From Phoronis australis (taxonomy: Eukaryota; Animalia; Phoronida): DNA of 64,000 nucleotides. The position numbers and the translations under genes are program-made. The notes under the pieces are model-generated. The model was given only the letters and a program-made list of their open reading frames with translations. It did no database searches and was not told the DNA's origin. Shown piece by piece: positions 34,001 to 45,759 of this stretch (its first letter is position 1; every line of letters begins with the position of its first letter). The DNA lies in assembly GCA_002633005.1 (NCBI GenBank), contig NMRA01000030.1:962576-1026575 (forward strand). The letters run 5' to 3'.

Positions 34001-37000
34001 TCTTTCTTAATGAGATCGCTCTACTTTTCTTCTGATGTTTAAATTGTTGGACAGTGCGAATGTATAGCGTTGATTCCCATCAGGGTTATTTTTGAGCTGA
34101 AGTTTACTCTTGGAAAGACTGTGATGTTATTTATGAGGTCGTCCTCGCTTTAAATGTCACAGTTATTAAATAAATAATATTTTATTTCAGTAACAAATTG
34201 AAAGCAATTAAACATTTGCAAAGGTTCGATAAACATCCGCTTCTTGCATGTATGGCTTAAAACATGACGTGGCCTGCTAAAGGAAGTTCTTTCATGTGCA
34301 ATGACCGTGCCATACCATTATGAGATATAACAGCATCGTGGTACATCAGCTCTGGTTAGATATGATTAACATTTTTGCCCTCTTGTCCAACCACTTGCAG
34401 TTCTAAGGCTGTTTTTATTTCAGTGTTGTCCCATTTCACTATGATTACAGCTGAACAATTTGATGGGGCCCATGGCTCTTATACAGAGAACACTACTGAC
34501 TCCAGTCACAATGACACTATTCGTGAAACTTATAACCATACAACCAATGTGTTGACGTCTCTTGACAACAACAAGGGCTTCACCACCTTACAACAGAACA
34601 AGTCAAGTTCTATCGGTGGGTAAAGTATTTTTGTGTCCTTTATGCTGGAAGACATCGGGTCTGTTCTTTTTTATATTTATAAGAGCATCGACTGACAGGT
34701 CTATCAGCAAGATTGCTCTTCCAGAACTGAGATGTTGCTATAATAAGGTCGGGATGGTTGCTCCAATCCTATCAGCATGTCGCCATGTCAGGGGAAATTA
34801 TATTTCCCTTGTCGGTTTATTTTTAAACGTTTATTGATATTCTGATATTTCCTGCATACCAAATTGTGTTTTCATTTTCTTTTCCTAATAAGACTTTCTT
34901 TACTGAGAGGTGACGCTGTGTGCTGCGGCTAATTGAACAATCACAATCTCAGAAATTGAGAAGATTCACGTCATTTTCATTAACATACGGAACGATGAAC
35001 AAATAAGATTATGCTGGAGAGGTCTTCTGCTTTCCAGGACTCTTGATATCTATTACAAACAATGCAAGCATTAGCGAATAATTTTAACACTTAAATCTGT
35101 ATATGCTACTGCTTGGAGTTGAACTCACAAAAGTGAATTAGTGTTACTTCGTTTGAGTCAAACTTTGTGCTGTTCTAGCAACAGTCACAATCATATGTTA
35201 ATTCATTACGCCAGCTGGTATATTTGACGTCAACTGATGAAGTGTCTTCCATTCTGGAACATCCAGATTGACTTTTTCAGTATTCTGAAATTTGCGTGGA
35301 TTTCATTAAATGTTATTACCACAACAAGGCAATAACTTCTGAAAATACATTTAAATTAAAATAACAAGTATCATTTAACTTCACTTTTATAAGGAATGAA
35401 AGGTTTCATTCACGAAGGTTTTTTGATCTTTGAAGTCCATATCTATAAGTGTATTCTCATCATTCATAGTTCGACAACTCATGCTCCCATGTACCAATGT
35501 TCTCAGGACGGCTACCGTTATTTTACAATCCCTCTATGTTTATGTTTATGTTCTCCCGTCTCGATAATCCCCCCCGTTCAAGAAGCCTGAACCTGATATT
35601 GAAACTTTCGGATTCCTGCCCGGCCCGAATCTTACTGCTTCCATTGTAATTTGCGGGCCATTCCAAATTTTCTTTGTGCCAGATTATAAGACTTCATAAG
35701 TTATTCGTAAGTCGTGTGTTAAATACCGTAGCGTAACTTTTACATTCATCGTTTAAGATGTATTCTGGTCATATTTTTGCTTGGGTTTTATTAAATAAAA
35801 CATACAACCAAAAAGCAATTGGTGTACCTCGAATAATCAAGAATGACTTATTCGAAATTTAGAAACAAACTTCTGTGTAGCTGCCGTCTCAATCACATGT
35901 AAACTAGCTGTGCACCCTTTGCCTTATCTAAAATCCGAATTGTTTCAAAGCCAAAACGAGATGGAATTGACTTCCACCTACGATTAACAGTAGTAGCTCA
36001 TCTACTGCGGTTATTAAGGGGCCACTACCCCTTTTCTTAGCTGAAAAGAGGCCCCTCCGATCAAAACACATTTCAAGTTGGCGTTCTCCCAGCTCATGAA
36101 AAAGTTGGCATTCTTTTCACTTCACCTCCTGGATATTATCGTCGTTATGCCTTTATGTGGACACCAAGAACTCCCACAAGAATTGGATTCGAACTAAAAA
36201 GGATTGCCACGCTGTTGGAAACATCAAACATCAGTTTTGGGGTACACTGAAACGAGGTGACATGGCAATAGAAGAATATCTAGACGGGTGTCGTCAGGAA
36301 TGAGAACATCGTCTAAGAAGAAGTTGGATGGGAGGATAAAGAGGCTGGGGGTTTAAGGACTGACACTTTTCCAGTGATTGTTGAAAATACAATTAATTTG
36401 GAAAAGATGCATGTTCTAATAAAACAAAGCCAACTCAAAATTGTAACGAAATAATTAAGTCAATCCTCCTAACTTTTAGGATGTTTTCTTTGGATGATCT
36501 AATCCTTGAAAATCCCTTTTTTGTCTGACTTTAAAACACCGATTGATGTTTTTTGAAATTTGTGTGTTTACTTGAACTGGGTTAAATTAAATATGCCCAC
36601 AAGTGACCAGGTGACATCAATTTTGCAATTGAACCACAGATGACGGTGCATAACTTCCTTTCGATTTGGCGCAGCTCCCCCAAACATAGTCTCGTGCGTT
36701 TATGTATCTTAAAGGCGTCGGTTCTGGATTTAGCACTTTAGTTCTTGTGTCAGGCTCTCCAGTATGTCAACCGTCCACGAACGCAGGAGATGCGAAAAAG
36801 AGCGGCCTTTCGAACGTTTTGATTTGTCTCTGTTTTAGAAAAAGAGTCGTTTGGTGACGAACATCAATTGGGTACCTGGACAAAGTGGTCTGGTTGGTCA
36901 AAATGTGAGAAAGACGACCTCTATCGAATTAAGAAGCGAGACTGCAGAGATTTGAGAACCGGAAAGCTGGCAGATGACTGCATAGGAAACAATATGACAA

Positions 37001-40000
37001 TTCAACTCTGCAACTCAACCAAAAAGAAAAGTGAGCAGAATCTTCTCAATTTGCAAAAGCTTCACAAAAATATTGTCTATTGCAAGTTTATTTTCTAGGC
37101 ATCATGTCATGCTAATGAGATGCATTTCCCAAACTTAAGCAAACTGCTACTTCAAGATCATTCGGTCAGCTTTAGATAATAGCGAGAGTTAGGAGAATCG
37201 AGAGCCGGATAATCATACGGTTTGGCATTCAAGTGGAATTGGTATTTTAGAATTAATGAATGAAGCACCATTTATGTCCACTTTTGAGTAGCTGGACACA
37301 GTAGTGTTCATGGTCAAAATATCTGAGGGACGACCTCTGTCGGAAGAAGAAGAGATTCTGCAGAGACATGAGAACCGGGAACCTCAGAAATTTTTGCATT
37401 GCCGGAAGAAATTTTTCATTTTAGCCTTCCACGTCAACCACCATTGTGGGTAATTAACGTCGTGTCAGCATGCCGTAGATTCACGATAACATGATCCTCT
37501 GTATTTCTCTTTCTTAATGAGATCGCTCTACTTTTCTTCTGATGTTTAAATTGTTGGACAGTGCGAATGTATAGCGTTGATTCCCATCAGGGTTATTTTT
37601 GAGCTGAAGTTTACTCTTGGAAAGACTGTGATGTTATTTATGAGGTCGTCCTTGCTTTAAATGTCACAGTTATTAAATAAATAATATTTTATTTCAATAA
37701 CAAATTGACAGCAATTAAACATTTGCAAAGGTTCGATAAACATCCGCTTCTTGCATGTATGGCTTAAAACATGACGTGGCCTGCTAAAGGAAGCTATTTC
37801 ATGTGCAATGACCGTGCCATACCATTATGAGGTATACCAGCATCGTGGTACATCAGCTCTGGTTAGATATGATCAACATTTTTGCCCTCTTGTCCAACCA
37901 CTTGAAGTTCTAAGGCAGTTTTTATTTCAGTGTTGTCCTATTTCACTATGATTACAGCTGAACATTTTGATGGGGCCCATGGCTCTTCTACAGAGAACAC
38001 TACTGACTCCAGTCACAATGACACTATTCGTGAAACTTATAACCATACAACCAATGTGTTGACGTCTCTTCACAACAACAGTGGCTTCACCACCATACAG
38101 CAGAACAAGTCAAGTTCTATCGGTGGGTAAAGCATGTTTGTGTCCTTTATACTGGAAGACAACGGGTCTGTTCTTTTTTATATTGATAAGAGCATCCACT
38201 GACAGGTCTATCAGCAAGATTGCTCTTCCAGAACTGAGATGTTGCTATAATAAGGTCGGGATGGTTGCTCCAATCCTATTAGCAAGTCACCATGTCAGGG
38301 GAAATATAATTTCCCCTGTCCGTAGATTTTTAAACGTTTATTGATATTCTGATATTTCCTGCATATCAAATTGTGTTTTCATTTTCTTTTCCTAATAATA
38401 TTCTTTACAGAGGGGTGACGCTGTATGCTGCGGCTAATTAAACAATCACAATCTAAAAAATTGAGAAGATTCACGTCATTTTCATTAACATACGGAACGA
38501 TGAACAAATAAGATTATGCTGGAGAGGTCTTCTGCTTTCCAGGACTCTTGATATCTATTACAAACAATGCAAGCATTAGCGAATAATTTTAACACTTAAA
38601 TCTGAATATGCTACTGCTTGGAGTTGAACTCACAAAAGTGAATTAGTGTTACTTCGTTTGAGTCAAACTTTGTGCTGTTCTAGCAACAGCCACAATCATA
38701 TGTTAATCCATTACGCCAGCTGGTATATTTGACGTCAACTGATGAAGTGTCTTCCATTCTGGAACATCCAGATTGACTTTTTTAGTATTCTGAAATTTGC
38801 GTGGATTTGATCAAATGTTATTACCACAACAAGGCAATAACTTCTGAAAATAAATTTAAATTGAAATAACAAGTATCATTTAACTTCACTTTTAGAAGGA
38901 ATGAAAGGTTTCATCCAGTAAGGTTTTTTGCTCTTTGAAGTCCATATCTAGAAATGTATTCTCATCATTCATAGTTTGACAACTTATGCTCCCATGTACC
39001 AATGTTCTCAGGACGGCTACCGTTATTTTACAATCCCTATGCTCCTCTATGTTTATGTTTATGTTCTCCCGTCTCGATAATCCCCCCGTTCAAAAAGCCT
39101 GAACCTGATATTGAAACTTTCGGATGCCTCAGCGGTCCGGAGCTTACTGCTTCTTTTGTAATTTGCAGGCCATTCCAAATTTTCTTTGTGCCAGATTGTA
39201 AGACTTCATAAGTTATTCGTTAGTCGTGCGTTAAATACCGAAGCGTAACTTTTACATTCATCGTTTAAGATGTATTCTGGTCATATTTTTGCTTGGGTTT
39301 TATTAAATAAAACATACAACCAAAAAGCAATTGGTTTACCTCGAATAATCAAGAATGACTCTTATTCGAAATTTAGAAACAAACTTCTGTGTAGCTGCCG
39401 TCTCAATCACATGTAAACTAGCTGTGAACCCTTTGCCTTATCTAAAATCCGAATTGTTTCAAAGCCAAAACGAGATGGAATTGACTTCCACCTGCGATTA
39501 ACAGTAGTAGCTCATCTACTGCGGTTATTAAGGGGTCACTACCCCTGTTCTTTGCTGAAATGAGGCCCCTCCGATCAAAACACATTTCAAGTTGGCATTC
39601 TCCCTGTTCATGAAAAAGTTGCCATTCTTTTCACTTTACCTTCTGGAAATTATCCTCGATATGGGTTTGTGTAGACACCAAGAACTCCCACGAGATTTGG
39701 ATTCGAACAAAAAAGGATTGCCACGCTGTTGGAAACATCAAACATCACTTTTGGGGTACACTGAAACGAGGTGACATGGCAATAGAAGAATATCTAGACG
39801 GGTGTCGTCAGGAATGGGAACATCGTCTAAGAAGAAGTTGGATGGGAGGATACAGAGGCTGGGGGGTTAAGGACTGACACTTTTCCAGTGATTGTTGAAT
39901 ATACAATTAATTTGGAAAGATGCATGTTCTAATAAAACAAAGCCAAATCAAAATTGTAATGAAATAATGAAGTCAATCCTCCTAACTTTTAGGATGTTTT

Positions 40001-43000
40001 CTTTGGATGATCTAAGCCTTGAAAATCCCTTTTTTTGTCTAAATTTAAAACACCGATTGATTTTTTTTGAAATTTTTGATTTTACTTTAACTGGGTTGAG
40101 TTAAAGATGCCCAAAGTGACCAGGTGACATCAATTTTGCAATTCAACCACAGATGACGGTGCATAACCTCCTTTCGATTTGGCGCAGCTCCCCCAAACAT
40201 AGTCTCGTGCATTTATGTATCTTAAAGGCGTCGGTTCTGGATTTAGCACTTTAGTTCTTGTGTCAGGCTCTCCAGTATGTCAACCGTTCACGAACGCAGA
40301 AGATGCGAAAAAGAGCGGGCCTTTCGAACGTTTTGATTTGTCTCTGTTTTAGAAAAAGAGTCGTTTGGTGACGAACATCAATTGGGTACCTGGACAAAGT
40401 GGTCTGGTTGGTCAAAATGTGAGAAAGACGACCTCTATCGAATTAAGAAGCGAGACTGCAGAGATTTGAGAACCGGAAAGCTGGCAGATGACTGCATAGG
40501 AAACAATATGACAATTCAACTCTGCAACTCAACCAAAAACAAAAGTGAGCAGAATCTTCTCAATTTGCAAAAGCTTCACGATAATATTGTCTATTGCTAG
40601 TTTCTTTCCTAGGCGTCATGTCATGCTAATGATATGCATTTCCTAAACTTAAGCAAACTGCTACTTCAAGATCAATCGGTCAGCTTTAGATAATAGCGAG
40701 AGTTAGGAGAATCGAGAGCCGGATTATCATACGGTTTGGCATTTAAGTGGAATTGCTATTTTAGAATTAATGAATGAAGCACCATTTATGTCCACTTTTG
40801 AGTAGCTGGACACAGTAGTGTTCATGGTCAAAATATCTGAGGGACGACCTCTGTCGGATGAAGAAGAGATACTGCAGAGACATGAGAACCGGGAACCTCA
40901 GAAATTTTTGCATTGCCGGAAGAAATTTTTCATTTTAGCCTTCCACGTCAACCACCATTGTGGGTAATTAACGTCGTGTCAGCATGCCGTAGATTCACGA
41001 TAACATGATCCTCTGTATTTCTCTTTCTTAATGAGATCGCTCTACTTTTCTTCTGATGTTTATATTGTTGGACAGTGCGAATGTATAGCGTTGATTCCCA
41101 TCAGGGTAACTTTTGAGCTGAAGTTTACTCTTGCAAAGACTGCAATGTTATTTATGAGGTCGTCTCTGCTTTAAATGTCACAGTTATTAAATAAATAATA
41201 TTTTATTTCAGTAACAAATTGAAAGCAATTAAACATTTGCAAAGGTTCGATAAACATCCGCTTCTTGCATGTTTGGCTTAAAACATGACGTGGCCTGCTA
41301 AAGGAAGCTATTTCATGTGCAATAATCGTGCCATACCATTATGAGATATACCAGCATCGATGTACATCATCTCTGATTAGATATGATCGACATTTTTGCC
41401 CTCTTGTCCAACCACTTGAAGTTCTAAGGCAGTTTTTATTTCGGTGTTGTCCTATTTCACTATAATTACAGCTGAAAATTTTGAAGGGGTCCAGGGCTCT
41501 TCTACAGAGAACACTACTGACTCCAGTCACAATGACACTATTCGTGAAACTTATAACCATACAACCGATGCGTTGACGTCTCTTCACAACAACAGCGGCT
41601 TCACCACCATACAGCAGAACAAGTCAAGTTCTATCGGTGTGTAAAGTATTTTTGTGTCCTTTATGCTGGAAGACATCGGGTATGTTCTTTGTTTATTGAT
41701 AAGAGCATCGACTGACAGGTGTATCAGCAAGATTGCTCTTCCAGAACTGAGATGTTGCTAGAATAAGGTCGGGATGGTTGCTCCAATCCTATCAGCATGT
41801 CACCATGTCAGGGGAATTATATTTCCCCTGTCGGTAGATTTTTAAACTATTATTGATATTCTGATATTTCCTGCATATCAAATTGTGTTTTCATTTTCTT
41901 TTCCTAATAAGACTTTCTTTACTGAGAGTTGACGCTGTGTGCTGCGGCTAATTAAAAAATCACAATCTCAGAAATTGAGACGATTCACGTCATTTTCATT
42001 AACATACTGAACGATGAACAAATAAGATTATGCTGGGGACGTCTTCTGCTTTCCAGGACTCTTGATATCTATTACAAACAATGCAAGGATTATCGAATAG
42101 TTTTAAAACTTAAACCTAAATATGCTAATGCTTGGAGTTGAACTCACTTACAGTGAATTAGTGTTACTTCGTTTGAGTCAAACTGTCACAATCATATGTT
42201 AATCCATTACGCGAGCTGGTATATTTGATGTCAGCTGAAGAAATGTCTTCCATTCTGTAACATCCAGATTGACTTTTTCGGTATTCTGAAATTTGCGTGG
42301 ATTTGATTTAATATTATTACCACAACAAGGCAATAACATCTGAAAATACATTTAAATTGACATAGCAAGTATCATTTAACTTCACTTTTAGAAGGAATGA
42401 AAGGTTTCATTCAGAATTTTTTTTGCTCTTTGAAGTCCATATCTATAAGTATATTCTCATCATTCACATTTCGACAACTTATGCTCCCATGTACCAATGT
42501 TCTCAGGACGGCTACCGTTATTTTACGATCCCTATGCTCCTCTATGTTTATGTTTATGTTCTCCCGTCTCGATTACCCCCCCCCCGTTCAAAAAGCCTGA
42601 ACCTGATATTGAAACTTGCCGATGCCTCCCCGGCCCGGAGCTTTCTGGTTCTATTGTAATTTGCGGGCCATTCCAAATTTTCTTTGTGCCAGATTATAAG
42701 ATTTCATAAGTTATTCGTTAGTCGTGTGTTAAATACCGTAGCGTAACTTTTACATTCATCGTTTAAGATGTATTCTGGTCACATTTTTGCTTGGGTTGTA
42801 TTAAATAAAACAGATAACCAAAAAGCAATTGGTGTAACTCGAATAATCAAGAATGACTCTTATTCGAAATTTAGAAACAAACTTCTGTGTGGTTGCCGTC
42901 TCAATCACATGTAAACTAGTTGTGTACCCTTTGCCTTATCTAAAATCCGAATTGCTTCAAAGCCAAAACGAGATGGAATTGACTTCCACCTGCAATTAAC

Positions 43001-45708
43001 AGCAGTAGCTCATCTACTGCGGTTATTAAGGGGCCACGACCCCTGTTCTTTGCTGAAAAGAGGCCCCTCCGATCAAAACACATTTCAAGTTGGCTTTCTC
43101 CCTGTTCATGAAAAAGTTGCCATTCTTTTCACTTTACTTCCTGGGAATTATCGTCTTGATGCGTATATGTGGACACCAAGAACTCCCACAAGAATTGGAT
43201 TCGAACAAAAAAGGATTGCCACGCCGTTGGAAACATCAAACATCAGTTTTGGGGTACACTGACACGAGGTGTCATGGCAATAGAAGGGTCGAGAGCATCA
43301 TGTAAGAAATAGTTGGACGGGAGGATAAAGAGGCTGGGAGTTTAAAGACGGACACTTTTCCATTGATTGTTGAAAATACAATTATTTTTTAGAAGATACA
43401 TATTCCAACAAAGTATAGCCAAATCAAAATTAATTGTCATGAAATAATGAAGTCAAACATCCTAAATTTGAGGATATTCTTTTTGATCTAACCCTTGAAA
43501 AATGTCCTTTTTCTGTCTAATTTAAAACGCCATTTGATTTTTCTTGATATTTGTGGGTTTACTTTAACTGTGTTAAATTAAAGATGCTCACAAGTGATCA
43601 AGTGACATCAATTTCGCAATTCAACCACAGATGAGGGTTCATAACCTCCTTTCGATATGGCGCAGCTCCACCAAACATGGTCTTGTGCATTTATGTATCT
43701 TAAAGGCGTCGCTTCTGGATTTAGCACGTTAGTTCTCGTGTCAGGCTCTCCGGTATGTCAACCGTTCGCGAACGCAAAAAATGTGGAAGAGAGCGGGCCT
43801 TTCGAACGTTTTGATTTGTCTCTGTTTTTGAAAAAGAGTCGTTTGGTGACGAACATCAATTGGGTACCTGGACAAAGTGGTCTGGTTGGTCAAAATGTGA
43901 GAAAGACGACCTCTATCGAATTAAGAAGAGAGACTGCAGAGATTTGAGAACCGGAAAGCTGGCAGATGACTGCAAAGGAAACAATATGACAATTCAACTC
44001 TGCAACTCAACCAGAAACAAAGGTGAGCAGAATCTTATCAATATGTTAAGGCTTTACGACAGTATTGTCTAATGCAAGTTTCTTTCTCATGCGCCATGAG
44101 ATGCTTTTCCCAAATTGAAGCGACTGTTTTTTCAACCGGTGAGCTTAAGCTAAAAACGTGAGCTACGAGAATCGAGAGCTGAATATTTATGAGGTTTTTT
44201 GTTTTCATTGAAGGGGAATTGTTATCTTAGAATTGATGAATCAAACACCATTTTGTCGAGTTTTGAGTAGCTGGTCACAGTGGTCTCTGTGGTCAAAATG
44301 TGGGAGGGACGACCTCTGTCGGATGAAGAAAAGACAGTGCAGAGACGTGAGAACCGAAAACGTGACAAATTTTTATAATGCCGGAAAAAATCTTACATTT
44401 CAGTCTTGCATCTCAACCACTAATGATGGTAATTAATATTGTCTCAGCATGGAGAAGATTCACTAAAACATAATCCTCTGTATTTCTCTTTTTTAATGCC
44501 GTTGCATTATTTTTCTTGTGCTGTTTAAATTGTTGGACATTGCCAATGTACAACGTTCACTCCGATCAGCGCTATCTTTCAGTTTAAACTTTCTCTTGGA
44601 AAGACTGTATTGTTATTCAAGAGATCATCCTCGCTTTAAATGTGACAATTATTATATAAATTATTGTTTGTGTCAGTAGCAAAGGGTCAGCAATTAAACA
44701 CATCTAAAGGCTCGATAAACGCCCACCTCTTGCAAGTATGGTTTAGAACATGACGTGGTCTTGTAAAGGAAATTATTTCATGTGCAATTCAATGCGTCCT
44801 ACCGTCATGCGATATACCAATATCGTGTGACATCAGCTGTGCTTAAAGAATAACATCTACATTTTTGCCCTCTTGTCAAGCCACTTGAAGTTCTAAGGCA
44901 GTTTTCATTTAAATGTTGTCCTCCTTTACTATGCTTACAGCTCAACATTTTGATGGGGGCCAGCGTTCTTCTGCAGAGAGCGTTTCAGACTCCAGTTACA
45001 ATGACACAATTCGTGAAACTTATAACTACACAACCAATGTGATGACGGCTCTTCACAACAACAGTGCCTTCACCACCATAGACCAGAACAAGTCAAGCTC
45101 TATCGGTAGGTAAAGTATTTTTGTATCCTTTATGCTGGAAGACATCGGGTCTCTCCTTTTATTTTTAAATTGATGTTAGCATCGACAGACAGGTAAATCA
45201 GCAAGATTTCTCTTCGAAAACCGGGATTTTGCTATAATAAGGTCATTGTTGTAGCTCCTTTTCTATTGGTATGTTACCATGTCAGGCGGGAAATATATTC
45301 CCTGTATCGACAGATTTCTAAACGCTTATTGATATTCGATAGTTACCTGCAGATCAACATGTGTATTTATTTTGTTTTCCTATTTAGACTTTCTTTACTG
45401 AAAGGTGACGGTGTATGCTGCCTAAATAAACAACCGCAAGCTCAGAAAATGACGATTCACAGGGTCATATTCATTAACAGACTGAACGTTGAATAACGAA
45501 AGTTATATTGCGGACGTCTTCAGCGTTCCAGACTCTTTGGTATCTGTTTCAAAGAATACAAGCATCAGCAAATATTTTTAAATCTTTTCAGTTTAAAAAC
45601 TCAAATATGCTACCACTTGCAGCTGATTTCGAAAGAGTTAAGTTTTGTTACTTAGTTTTAGTCAAACTTTGTGGTGTTCAATCAAAAGTCCTCACCATTT
45701 TAAATTGA

Positions 45709-45759
<51 letters not shown>

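Noticed and set aside
30259-40963. Conserved in-frame TAG codons in U2-U5 as programmed readthrough or recoding
   Set aside because: They co-occur with acceptor loss and Cys loss; shared ancestry of a dead exon is the simpler explanation
28418-43305. Recurring intronic ORFs (MFSGRLPLF..., MLKRGPSDQ..., MASPPYSRT...)
   Set aside because: They recur only because the DNA is duplicated; frames are broken by indels or stops in other copies and no domain is recognisable
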